A stretch of 64,000 nucleotides of DNA from Octopus vulgaris (Eukaryota). This document shows, piece by piece, positions 1-12,796 of the stretch (position 1 is the first letter of the stretch; each line of letters opens with the position of its first letter). The notes under the pieces are model-generated. The model did not search any database. It worked only from the letters and a program-made list of their open reading frames with translations, and had not been told where the DNA came from. Made by a program: the position numbers and the translations under genes. Location of the stretch: positions 124,434,001 to 124,498,000 of the forward strand of contig OX597817.1 of NCBI GenBank assembly GCA_951406725.2, given 5' to 3'.

Positions 1-114
1 CCTAGTCACTAATCCACAAGCTTTCATTCAAAAACACAACACAGCCCAATCCAGGAACTGAACTCACTACCTCATGTCTGTGAGCCCGGCACTTTAACCA
101 CTGAGCCATATGCC
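1..114 (-). mobile_element. tRNA-derived SINE head (family D), cut by window edge
   Basis: Minus strand reads ggcatatggctcagtggttaaagtg...gtgagttcagttcctgg...gttgtgtttttgaatgaaagc, with A-box and B-box-like motifs. Similar heads at about 17830-17955, 32205-32310 and 58240-58365. Confidence 0.7.
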
Positions 115-794
115 TTCTCTTGCAACTATGGCGTATTCTAATTGTTTGCACTATGGAAGATTTGGAGTAAATACTTTAAATTCTATTGCCTTTAAAAGCT
201 ACAGTATTACCTCCTTATGTCTGCTTGCAACCAAGTGGTCCTTGATGTCTGTGAGTTACAAACCTTTGCTAAGAACACTGTATAAAAACATAATACAATA
301 TACAACATGAAAATATATTTAAATGTATTTGTAGTCAGAGTTTGAGACAATTTGTAATTATAACCTCTTGAAATAATAGTTATATGTCATGTGATATGTT
401 GTATAGTTTTCAAAGACAGCTGCTAAATCTATATACCCAGATGATTTCCTTTGGTCATTGCCTGATATTTAAAACAGTTTAACTGACTGAGCATGTACAG
501 TTCTGATTGCACAGAAACTGAATAAAACTAATTTAAAGTGAAATCACAGATCTTCAATTATCTGGCATGCACATTCTTCCATGGATTTATAACAAAAACA
601 CTCATTATAGTGCAAAGCTGGAAACAAATTCTTATATGACATACGGTGTATTACATAATTTTCTAAGAATGTGTTTCATAATTGTTTATGATTAATTATG
701 GAAAATATTGTTTAAAGTTGTGTGTTGTCAATGGTTAGCAGAAATAGTTAGAACATTGGTCAAAATAGCATGTGTTATTTTATTTTATTCTATA

Positions 795-1208
795 GGCGTA
801 GGAATGGCTGTGTGGTAAGTAGCTTGCTTACCAACCACATGGTTCCGGGTTCAGTCTCACTGTATGGCACCTTGAGCAAGTGTCTTCTACTATAGCCTCG
901 GGCCGACCAAAGCCTTGTGAGTGGATTTGGTAGATGGAAACTGAAAGAAACCCATCGTATATATGTATATGTATATATATATATGTGTGTGTGTTTGTGT
1001 GTCTGTGTTTTTCCCCACCCCAACATCGTTTGACAACCGATGGTGATGTGTTTTCATCTCAGTAACTTAGCAGTTCGGCAAAAGCAACCGATAGAATAAA
1101 TACTAGGCTTACAAAGAATAAGTCCTAGGGTCGATTTGCTTGACTAAAGGTGGTGCTCCAGCATGGCCACAGTCAAGTGACTGAAGCAAGTAAAAGAGTA
1201 AAAGAGTA
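795..1208 (+). mobile_element. Full-length SINE family A (tRNA head, CORE-like accttgRgcaagt, internal AT/GT microsatellite, AAAAGAGT tail)
   Basis: Head ggcgtaggaatggctgtgtggtaag...gggttcagtc; tail ggtgctccagcatggccacagtcaagtgactgaagcaagtaaaagagtaaaagagta. At least ten homologous copies in the window. Confidence 0.9.
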
Positions 1209-1962
1209 TCCTTTCACATTTTGAGTTCAAATCCTGCCCCAGTATATCTTTAATCATTCTGAAGTCAATAAAATATGTACTTGAGTTATAGTAAACAACT
1301 GTACCATAGAAAAGAGCTACCCCAGAATGCCTAGAATTGAATGACTGAAATTAGTAAAAAAAGGCATAGAATATACCATTAAATCTTAGTCAGAGTATAA
1401 AAATTCCTAAGATATTGGTTACATTTTTTGGTATTCACAAGTGAACCTCTTGTTTTTTTTTGTTTTTTTTCTTAATATTTTTGCCTATTTACATTTCAAT
1501 GATATTTTCATTTGAATAAGGACTTCACAAATAAACTATTTCTATCCATCTGTCAGATATCATTGATTGAGATGAAAGAAAGGAAGCAAAATAAAATAAA
1601 TAAAATTTTATAAAACGTTTTATGGAACACAGCCTGGTTTTGATTTCTGTATAACATCTATTACCTCATCCTTTCCTTTCACATACTGTTACAAAGAGAA
1701 TCGCTCATTCTAAATTCGATTGGGTTAATTGCCTGTTGATGAGTGTATCCAATTAGGAAAATAGATAATTGTTAGTTAGATAAATGTTAGTCTATTATAT
1801 AAATGCTAATTAGCCTATTATTTATAATGCGATTTTAATATTTGATATAGATTGTTTGTAAAAAGGAATTTCGAAAATAATTTTCTTCATTTCTCAACAC
1901 ATCTGATAAAAGTAGTTATAACTTCCTTCTCATTTTCACATATCGTTTCCTGTTTATCTTCC

Positions 1963-2188
1963 ACTTGTTTCAGTCACTGACTGCAACCATGCTATGGCAT
2001 TGCCTTAAAGGATTTTGTTGAATGAATTGTTCCTGCACTTCAATTTTTAAGGCTAATATTTATTCTATCAGAGTCTATTGCTGAACCACTAGGTTACGGA
2101 AATAGAAGTACACCAACACTGGTTGTCAAGCGGTGGTGGGTGACAAATGCACACATGCACCACACATGCACACATGCACATACATGCA

Positions 2189-2223
<35 letters not shown>

Positions 2224-2387
2224 CAGACTTCTTTCAGTTTCTACCTACCAAATCCACTCACAAGGCTTTGGTTGGCCCCTAATGTCATACTCGAAGATAC
2301 TTGCACAAAATGCTATGCAGTGGGACTGAACCTAGAAACATGTGACTGGGAAGCAAACTTTTTACCATGCACCCACACCTGTGATAT

Positions 2388-2457
<70 letters not shown>

Positions 2458-2618
2458 ACAAAACAAACTTCTTTTAGTTTCTGCCAAATCTACTCACAAG
2501 GCTTTGGCTGGCCCAAGGTTTATAGTAGAAGACACTTGGCCAAGGTGCCATACAGTGGGACTGAACCCAAAAACATGTGGCTTGGAAGCAAACTTTTTAC
2601 CTCACAACTACGTTTGTA
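1963..2618 (-). mobile_element. SINE family A, diverged, with two heads in tandem (1963-2382 complete, 2461-2618 extra head)
   Basis: Reverse complement matches 795-1208. The head module occurs twice, separated by (CA)n. Confidence 0.85.
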
Positions 2619-4185
2619 TCTATATTAAAAAGATAAAGGATATAAGAGAAGGATAAAGGATAAAAGATATCAGAAATTCTTTTGTAACATGGCAGATTTG
2701 ATAACCATTGGTCCAATTGATTGAGAGAAAATAGCAATAATGGTGTTAAGTTCATATAATTGTAATATGAAATATAAACGACAATAGTTAAATAGTACAA
2801 ATGATTAAAAAGATCAAAAGAAAAATATAAAAATTGCTTTAAAACAATTAGAGATTTAATTGTTTACACATGAAAGTAGAATAAATTTAGAGTTATGACA
2901 CTCAATGTCAGCATTAATTCTATAAAGCTTCTTTTGAAATGTTTGAATACTAAGCTGGAATCAACTGTGTAACCTAAGACAATAGTATATGACATTTTTT
3001 AAATAATTTCTCCAAAATCTAATGACACACTTGACTGTGTTTTACAATGTTACCTTTGCTTGTAGATTAGTTCCAGATTAGAGAGTGAATATAATTAAAC
3101 ACACACATGCTTTCATACACACGTGTACACACACACACACACACACACACTCACATTTCTTGTGATTGTCTTGTAATTTTATGTGACTCAACCGCAAATG
3201 AATTATAACGATATACTATATTTCTTGATACAGTTTTTCCTCAAAAATATGTCCCAGAAAAAAAAATTAGCCTGTCTTGGAAACACAAGATTAAGGATAA
3301 TGTTCCTGGCAATGGGAAATGATTCATGAAAGGGCTTGTTGACCTTAGGTTTTGCACAAAGAGAAACTTGAAGTTTAAAAATGTTCACCAACCAAGCCTG
3401 AAAGAAAGGGAGGACTACAGAAAGAAGAAGATCATCATAATAGCAAGAGTAGGAATGAATGAGATGTGGGGAGATACACAAGAGGTGGACAGAACTAGAG
3501 AAAAATAAATTTTATTAAACTCACCAGAAATACATGTCTTTGATGATAAATTGTGTCATTGACTATGGGATCTGCAAATGACACTGAATAGAGATCTAGA
3601 TTAATTATATGGATATCTCTTTGATTCCGCATTGTATCAGCATAATTTGCCTTGCTGTCTGGTAGTAAATAGGTAAAAACTGTGAAAGCAGAGGGTTCTG
3701 TTCCTCAAACTTTCCATAATCATTCAGCTAGCTAGAAATCGCAACTAATGTTCTGTGTTGCTACATCGAATTGGACACATTGAATAATGTAATATAGGGT
3801 ATGTTATTCATAGATTATTAAAAAAAAAAAAACAACAGCAGGATGATAAGAGTTTGAATAAATTTATAGCTCTGCTTAATTAGAACTGATTTCAATTTAC
3901 CAACAACAAATCTTTCTCTTTCTCTTTCTCTCCCCTTGTATCTTTTTCTTGTTATATGAAATGTTCTGAGTACAAAATGTAAATGTTGTACAGTAAATTG
4001 ATATTAACAGCATGGACTGTGAATAAGTTCTTTTGGTTATCCTATAAGTAATATGTCAATCACATTACCATGGAATTGTGTATGTGTGAGAAAGTCACAT
4101 TGAGAAACAGAGAGTGTGTGCATGTATATGTATATGTATGTAAGTGCATGTGTGTGTGTGCATGTATATGTGTGTATGTATACTC

Positions 4186-4600
4186 TCTCTTTTACTCTTT
4201 TACTTGTTTCAGTTATTTTGACTGCGGCCATGCTGAAGCACCGCCTTTAGTCAAGCAAATCAACCCCGGGACTTATTCTTTGTAAGCCCAGTACTTATTC
4301 TATCGGTCTCTTTTGCCGAACTGCTAAGTGACGGGGACATAAACACACCAGCATCGGTTGTCAAGTAATGCTAGAAGGACAAACACAGACACACAAACAT
4401 ATAGACACACATACATATATATATATATACATATATATGACAGGCTTCTTTCAGTTTCCATCTACCAAATCCACTCACAAGGCTTTGGTCGGCCCGAGGC
4501 TATAGCAGAAGACACTTACCCAAGATGCCACGCAGTAGGACTGAACCCGGAACCATGTGGTTGGTTAGCTAGCTACTTACTACACAGCCACTCCTGCACC
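4186..4600 (-). mobile_element. Full-length SINE family A
   Basis: End-to-end reverse-complement match to 795-1208 and 46388-46796. Confidence 0.9.
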
Positions 4601-5546
4601 TATGTATGTGTGTGCAAATAACAAAGAGTGTGATTGGGTACATATAAGACTTTAAAATTATCTTTCCATTTCTCATGCTCCCATTGGTGTGTAATATAAC
4701 AAAACAATAGCATGTGTAACATATTTGTTACTAAATAATATAACATCAAAAAAAGAAGATGAAAAGAAAAAGACTCCAGAAACAATAAACAACATCTGAG
4801 TAAAGTACTTTTTATCTCACATTAGACAATTATTCACACTGGTACTTTTTTATATAATGGCAAAACAGTTTTGACAATCAAACTCAGGCATTGACATATT
4901 TTTCAGATCCCCTTTCATGTCAGTGCTTTTTATTAAAATGGATTAATTTGTTTACAAGCATAAAATGGTTAAACCTTACTGGGAATTTAGCTTAATAGTA
5001 AATTCATTCATCTGCTCCCTTAAATCAATAGCTTTATAGTTTGATATCTTTTTCATCTATTCTCTCCTTATCAAGCAACTGATGCTATAATTTTTAAAGT
5101 ATATTTGTTTCCAATAAGATTCATTACATTCAACACTGCAGTTTCCTTATAAAATTGTTTCCCTCAGGAATCAAAATGCTTTGACTCACAATAAGGGTAA
5201 AATATCAATACATCACTGACATAGTACAAGAACCCAATTCAAACTCTAAGTACAGTATATTTGTGTTATTTCCTAGCCAGAAAAAATATTCATAAAAAAC
5301 TGTAATCTGACTCAATGAGATTTCCCCATTGTCCATCAAACTATTTTTTAAAGGTTTTTGTAGTAAATTCTGAGATGGTGATTTGTCATGTTGTCATACA
5401 AATATATTTTACCTATCTATTTACTTCCCACATACAAAATTCCCAAATACGCACATATCTAGCAGTTTTTGAGAATCTGATAACATTGCTGTGTGTGTAT
5501 TGTATAGACTAAGAAGGTGGGTACTTCGTAACGGAAAATGTATATA

Positions 5547-5931
<385 letters not shown>

Positions 5932-6027
5932 AATGAGAAATGCACATCCAATCTACCAGCAAATAGAGTATACATAAGTACAAATATGTACAAACATATA
6001 TATATATATTTCTTTTTTTACTCTCTT

Positions 6028-6366
6028 GGTGAGACAGTGTCACGTGACAACTTGCTGGGGCTGCCTGTTGGAGCCTATGTGGCAGGTATTTAAAGGGAAA
6101 AATTTGACAAGACAGTCAGTCACCGGCTGACACTCGCTGACGATACATCGAAGAGGCCAGGGAACAGAAGAAAGAAGAAGAAAGAAGACATGCACCCAAC
6201 ACCAGAGCTGAAGACACCTCCGAAAGAGGGGGGCCGCCACGTCAAACGGTAGAGGAGTAGGGGCCGATACCAGACGTGGTTCCTCCTGATGATGTCTTGA
6301 GCTAACTGGATCCTATAAAGGAGCTGTTGTGATAGCAGACCACGAAACACGGTTGTAATTCCTCCT
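6028..6366 (+). mobile_element. 339-bp insertion, probable PLE 3' end/pseudo-LTR with hammerhead core, flanked by a 26-bp target duplication
   Basis: Direct repeat atatata-T11-actctctt at 6002-6027 and 6367-6392 (1 mismatch). CTGATGA at 6286-6292, GAAA at 6344-6347. The peptide GCLLEPMW resembles the G..L.P.W end of PLE endonucleases. Confidence 0.7.
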
Positions 6367-6384
6367 ATATATATTTTTTTTTTT

Positions 6385-6594
6385 ACTCTCTTTTAGTTGT
6401 TTCAGTCATTTGACTGCGACCATGCTGGAGCACCACCTTTAGTCGAGCAAATCGACCCCAGGACATATTCTTTCTAAGCCTAGTACTTATTCTATCGGTC
6501 TCTTTTGCCAAACCACCAAGTTACGGGGGCGTAAACACACCAGCATCAGTTGTCAAGTGATGTTGGGGGGACAAACACAGATACACAAACATAT

Positions 6595-6642
<48 letters not shown>

Positions 6643-6724
6643 GACAGGCTTCTTTCAGTTTCCATCTACCAAATCTACTCACAAGGCTTTGGTCAGCCCG
6701 AGGTTGTAGTAGAAGAGACTTGCC
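6385..6724 (-). mobile_element. SINE family A, head-truncated
   Basis: Matches the family A tail and middle; ends in (CA)n at about 6725. Confidence 0.88.
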
Positions 6725-7204
6725 TATACACACACACACACACACACACATACATATACATATATATGTATACATACATACATACATACATGCATACATA
6801 TAGTAGATGCTTTCTCGTATACGAGCAAAATCATTATTAGAAAGTATCATTGAAATGAGTCATTGATAATACAGTGTGAGGCCCTCATATGACTCCTTAG
6901 ACCTGCCAAAATCTTGCACATTTTATTGCATCATGCACAGCCGTGTTGGCTGGCAGAAGAAGCAGATGCCACAATATGAAGTCTTTTGACATGTTTTTAT
7001 AATCTTCCAACTGAACTGCATATCTTTCCACAGGCTGCGCATGTTCTGTTGAGAAGAATAGCCATATAACAATTAACAAGGGGTTGATTTCTGTGACTTC
7101 TCTGACGGATGACCAAGCCTGCATGACTCAAGCAGTTCCTTCTACAAATTATACACGTAAAAAACAACACTCCTTCATTTTCTATACACACACACACATA
7201 CATA

Positions 7205-8492
7205 CGAGGGGGTGTCTGAAAAGTCTTGAGCCTCAAAAAAACAAAAGAGTACAAGACTTCTGATGATTTATTTTTCAACATAGTCCTCTTTGATGGCTGA
7301 ACACTTTCTCCAGCGGTGCTGAAGTGCCATTATCCCAGCGTAGCGGAACTCTTTTGTTTGAGATATTAAGAAACTTCCTACAGTGTCTATGACATCATTG
7401 TCAGTGGCAAAATAGCAACCAGCCAGGGATTTTTTCATTTTTGGGAATAGATGAAAGTCAGAGGGAGCTAAGTCTAGCAAATAAGGTAGACGGAGAACAG
7501 GTTCATATCCACAATCAGGAATTGTTGCCATTGCAATCACTGAGGTGTGGGCTGGAGCATTGTCGTGATGAAAAAGGACTCCTCTGGTGAGCATTTCTGA
7601 CCTTTTTCTTTGATTCCTTCCCGGAGACATTACAGTAGCTGAGAATAATACAGCCCTGTCATGGTGTGACCCTTTTCAAGGTAATCGATCAGCAAGACAC
7701 CTTGAAAATCAAAAATAACTGACACCATGACCTTGCCAGCTGAAGGAGTGACCTGGCCTTCTTTGGGGTAGAAGATGTGTTCTTCCACTGCTTTTATTGT
7801 TCTTTGGTTTCAGACTGGTAGTGATGAACCCAACTTTCGTCCTTTGTAATAAAACGAGCAAGAAAATTCTCTTCGTCGGCTTCAAACAGTTCCAGATTGC
7901 TCGTAGACAAAGTGCACCTGGTGCGTTTCTGTTCAGGAGTCAAAATGCGAGGGACCCACCTTGCAGAAACCTTTGAGAACCCAAGTTCTTTTGTTACAAT
8001 GTTGTCTGCTCTTTTATTTGAGATGCCCAGTCTCTCAGCTATCTGGCGACATAATATTCGATGATCTTGCATTATCATATCAAGAGCAAGGTCAATGTTG
8101 TCTTCAGTGTTTGCAGTTGGAGGGCTCCCTGCTGTGGGATCATCTTCCACACTCTCCCTGCCATGCTGAAATTCATTTACCCAGCGTTTGACTGTTGCAT
8201 ATGAAGGAGCATTGTCTGTTAAGGTTCTCACCATATCTTCATGGATTTCTGATGGAGTCATGCCTTTCAAATGAAGGTACTTTATGACATCACAAATACT
8301 CAGTTTTCTCCATTTTCCCTGTAACCTCGACACATGTTTATTCAAACATTTGTAACAAAGAAAATTAAAATATCAGAATCATGAAAATGAGCAAGAATAC
8401 TCCGAAAAGACTGTACTTACCAGAAAAAATTGTTTCAGCTACCTAGCAGCCCCGTTTCTAGGTTAGACTCAAAACTTTTCATACACCCCTCA
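7205..8492 (-). mobile_element. mariner (DD34D) transposon, full length about 1.29 kb, inactivated
   Basis: TA at 7203-7204 and 8493-8494. TIRs cgagggggtgtctgaaaagtcttgagcct / tgaggggtgtatgaaaagttttgagtct. ORF pieces 7794-8345 (WVPRILT, ITKDESWVHHY) and 7268-7630 (HHDNAPAH, DLAPSDFHLF). Confidence 0.95.
7268..8345 (-). pseudogene. mariner transposase with stops and frameshifts
   Basis: Two ORF fragments carry the canonical mariner motifs WVPR.L and YSPDLAPSD (degenerate). Confidence 0.92.
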
Positions 8493-8506
8493 TACATATA
8501 TAGGAG

Positions 8507-8541
8507 TAAATGTAGGGATAAGCAACTTAGACAGATATATA

Positions 8542-8610
<69 letters not shown>

Positions 8611-8647
8611 CATATATATCTGTCTAAGTTGCTTATCCCTACATTTA
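8507..8647. repeat. Perfect 37-bp inverted repeat enclosing an (AT)n tract
   Basis: taaatgtagggataagcaacttagacagatatatatg at 8507-8543 and its exact reverse complement at 8611-8647. Confidence 0.92.
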
Positions 8648-8695
8648 TATATATGTGTGTGTGAGGGTGTATGTATGTATATATATATATACACG

Positions 8696-8736
<41 letters not shown>

Positions 8737-8760
8737 ATAGTAATAAGAAGCTGGAAATGC

Positions 8761-8984
8761 ATGCACTAGGATTTGTTTAGATTTTTATTTTCAAATTTTT
8801 AAAGACTTTCACAAATTTCTCTGATTTTCTAAAAGTTGAGATAGAAAGACGTAGAGCTATGCTGCAACTGTCTTGATTCTCTGCAAGAGACTTGCACCAG
8901 AGTTTGAAAACCAGAAAGGGCTGTCAACCCAGTAAAACCCTTTAAAAATTTTAAAATAAAAATTCTAAACAAACTCCAGTGCAT
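8761..8984. repeat. About 44-bp imperfect inverted repeat element next to microsatellites
   Basis: 8761-8804 atgcactaggatttgtttagatttttattttcaaatttttaaag vs reverse complement of 8940-8984. Confidence 0.8.
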
Positions 8985-9703
8985 TTTCACACTTTTTCTA
9001 TATTTCTACCTGTGCAGAATAAAATGACTTTTCTGTATATATATATATAAACATAATACTGAATTTATTAGCGTTACACAAAAGAGAAAAAAAAAATGAA
9101 GAGAAGAACCTCCTCCAGTATGCCATAGTATTATGTATAATAATTTTAAAGGCATAGTCCTACTTTATTTCTCATAGGTGAATGCATGCACAAGGGATTC
9201 AGCTTCTAAGTCTCTGTTTGTTACTGACATAAATTGAACATTTGAACCTTGACTGCACCAGCACAATTCTGTAGACACCTAATCTTTGTGCTGCTGTCAG
9301 TCAGCATGGATGAAATAAACTTTCTTTCTATGTTCAATAGAGAAATATGAATGGGGAAGAGAATGTGAATTATACTTTACTGCTTCCTATATTTCTGACT
9401 AACATGAATTTTGAATGCATGAATTTATAGAGCCATCAAATAAGATAATGAAATATTACCTAAATTGGGAATTCGTTCAATGATTTTTAGTCAAAGCTGT
9501 TAAAGTTAATTGCAAACAGTAAAGCAATTTACAAATATGCCATCAATTTTCGAAAGTTGATTTAAAGCATACACCTTAGTGCCATTCATATTGTATATTT
9601 ATGAGGTTTTGTCATTGCTAATATTTAGTTTCTTCACAGAGAAAATATTTAGAGATTCCTCTCTGTGTTTTAATATATTCTCTCATTTCTCAGCTAGTCA
9701 CCT

Positions 9704-9755
9704 ATACACACAGACACACACACACACCTATATATATATATACATACATATATGC

Positions 9756-9787
<32 letters not shown>

Positions 9788-9788
9788 T

Positions 9789-9867
<79 letters not shown>

Positions 9868-9967
9868 CTATATATACATACATATATGCATATATATGTG
9901 TATATATATATATATATATGTATCTGCACACACATAGAAAAATTTAAAAATAGACATATAATGTGTG

Positions 9968-10024
<57 letters not shown>

Positions 10025-10090
10025 ATGTATGTATATATGCACACATTCATACACATACTCACACATACATAAAACACACACACGTATACA
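9704..10090. repeat. Compound AT/CA/GT microsatellite
   Basis: Directly visible; source of the YI-repeat ORFs. Confidence 0.95.
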
Positions 10091-10459
10091 GGATGATGGT
10101 TCATAGGTCCCTTTAGCATTAATATTAACTGGCAAGCAACCAAAATCAGTTGAGCTTTTTAGTATATATTTTGCCTCTGTTTGTATTCTTCCTTTCCACT
10201 ACTTCACTGCAACCTTAATCCACATCCTCAATAACTTCATTAAACTCCTTTTTCCAGTCCATCCGTGTCCACTTCTATGGGCCAGAAATTCTTTGATTGC
10301 TTTTCTAATGTCCTACTACTGATATGAGAACACATGTGGCTGTTGAATTTGGTATGCTTGAGCATATGAATAGGATTGCTATTGGGACAATGAATTTCAT
10401 CTCATCTTTTAATAATCACTTACATAATATATATGAAGCAATATATATATATATATATA

Positions 10460-10592
10460 TTTACATACAAAATTTAAAGGACTGACCACTTAAAGTGTAC
10501 CGTCAACATGCCAGATATAGACGTCAAATCGCTATTTTCCACAAAGAATATGTTCTCAAATAGTGGTCAGTCCTTTAAATTTTGTATGTAAA
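10460..10592. repeat. Perfect 31-bp inverted repeat beside (AT)n
   Basis: tttacatacaaaatttaaaggactgaccact at 10460-10490 and its reverse complement at 10562-10592. Confidence 0.9.
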
Positions 10593-10844
10593 AATATTTT
10601 AATCTTCGGATTTTTTAATATGCTAGGCCACTGGTTTTAATTGATTAATATCAATTTCTACCCTTATTAAAATTTGTATATATACTTACATATATACCAC
10701 ATCTGCATGGCAGAAAGTTTAATTTTTTTTGTCTTTATATAGAGTGTGATGAGCTATCTACAAGGCTGTGGCTTTTGTGGTTATGAAGCCTTTGGTTACC
10801 CTATGACCAGAATTTAACTTTTGTTTTAATATATTTCTATCTAT

Positions 10845-10873
10845 CTGTCTATGTATGTATGTATGTATGTATC

Positions 10874-10929
<56 letters not shown>

Positions 10930-10940
10930 GTGTGTGTGTG
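10845..10940. repeat. Compound (TATC)(TATG)(GA)n(GT)n microsatellite
   Basis: Directly visible. Confidence 0.95.
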
Positions 10941-11146
10941 CCAAACAATATTTACATTATATTTGAAAGAGTACTGAAATAACATAAACACAAGTTATAA
11001 TAATGTATACAATAAAATTGCTATATATTATTTAAATGTTAAAAGGACAGTTGAAACAGCCTTCACATATAGATACATACATACATGCGTACATATAATA
11101 TTTTGTTTGTGTGCATGTACATACATACATGCATACATATATATAT

Positions 11147-11415
11147 AGATTCAGATGAATATGGTACTTAAGTTGAGGCACCAGAATTTAATACGGTGTT
11201 ATCCAAAGCATTTCAAAGTAAGGAGATTAAAATCAAAGTAAGCAACAAGGATATCCAGAGGTAATGCAGTACAATCGTTTCATATAACTCCATTTAATTG
11301 ATCAAGGCAATCATTACATCAATTTAAAATGCAGAGCAATCCTCAGCTGCACAAAGACATAGAATTCAATTAAATGAAACAATCATACTGCATTACCTCT
11401 GGACATCCTTGTTGC

Positions 11416-11423
<8 letters not shown>
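11147..11423 (-). mobile_element. PLE-type pseudo-LTR mini-insertion with inverted partial copy, between AT microsatellites
   Basis: Inverted arms 11235-11287 / 11370-11423; contains a hammerhead on the minus strand. Confidence 0.75.
11264..11352 (-). ncRNA. Type I hammerhead ribozyme candidate
   Basis: gugcag CUGAGGA [long stem II ctc..cattt..attgat / atcaat.aaatg.gag] GAAA cgauug UA^cugcau. Stem I is 6 bp, loop III near-palindromic, cleavage triplet GUA. Confidence 0.75.
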
Positions 11424-11503
<80 letters not shown>

Positions 11504-11535
11504 GTATATGTATATATATATGTATATATATATGA

Positions 11536-11572
<37 letters not shown>

Positions 11573-11585
11573 CATATACATATGT
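11423..11585. repeat. (AT)n-rich microsatellite
   Basis: Directly visible. Confidence 0.97.
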
Positions 11586-12464
11586 AAATTATTCAATGCT
11601 GAGACAGTATCTAATTGTTATTTCATTATTACTATTTTCATTGTTTTGTAAAATGGAAGTGAGGAACACAAGCTAACAACTAAGTGATTGCTCAGCTTCT
11701 AAATAAATAAATGTATTTTAGGGTGGTTTGCAGAATCAGTAGATTGACTGAGTTTTGGTATGGGGAAGCAGATGGTAACTCAGCTGGTGCCAAATGGTGG
11801 ACAAAGAAACTAAAAATATTGTTATGTTATAACACCCAGCTTCCTTCATTCCCTCTAATTTAACGCTTGTTCCATCATACCAGCATGGTTGGACAGGATT
11901 TCTCTACTGTAGCATGTCATCAGTCCTGATAATACACTATGAGACTGAGCTGCTTGAATCAGCCTTCCCTACTTCATTTCATATCTTTGTAGGTGTCCCT
12001 CTTCTACAGGCTCCACCCTCTCTAAATACTCTGTACTTATTTATACTGTTATCCTCTATATGCCTCACATCCCATAGCAGCTTAATCTTCTTTCTACATC
12101 ATGTTCCTTTTATACATGTTTATAGATGTTTATACCTTGTAATCTCTATTTTATTTCTTTTGTATCTGACTCCTTCCATAATTCCTCTCTGGTTACTTAA
12201 CTTGTTAGAAACACAATTAAAGTGCCTTCATATCACACCTTTCATCTTGAAAAGATAAGCACACATTATGTAATGTACTCCTAAATACTCCAAAACAATA
12301 AGATGGTCTTGACTGAAGGATATTTGACTATAACTATGGTATTGCACCCATATTCACTCAGGGTTAATCTTTTGGTTAAACGACAACAAAAACAATGATA
12401 TAAAATGTCTGATTTCTTCCTGTGTTATGTGTACTAGCAAAGAGACAGAAATGTGATAACATGA

Positions 12465-12655
12465 TCAGCAAGAAATAGCAACCAAATCCCTTCCTACCAT
12501 TTTAAAAAGGGAAGGATTCATTGAGTAAAAAAAAAACCTAAGATAATATGTGAAATTAAGAAATAAAAAATGGTGCAGCAATCCTGATCAGAAGTCCTTT
12601 GACCATAAGTCTTCTTGATCAGACTTCACCTAGATCTAAAGAGCAACAATAATAG
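12465..12655 (+). mobile_element. Old dispersed repeat family F (SINE-like tail ending in AAC repeats)
   Basis: Motif agaaatagcagccaaat...cctttgaycatagg...taaacaacaac recurs at about 3730, 12250, 20395, 36135, 38545 and 41840. Confidence 0.6.
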
Positions 12656-12796
12656 CATTAAATTTGTGTGTCTATCTGGGGATGGCTGTAGTTGCTGCTA
12701 AAACAGTTGTCTATAAACCCATCTAAAACAGTCAGAATTTTTTTCAATATGGCACTCTTGATCAGTAATTGTGAAATGGCAAAAAGGTAGGTAAGA

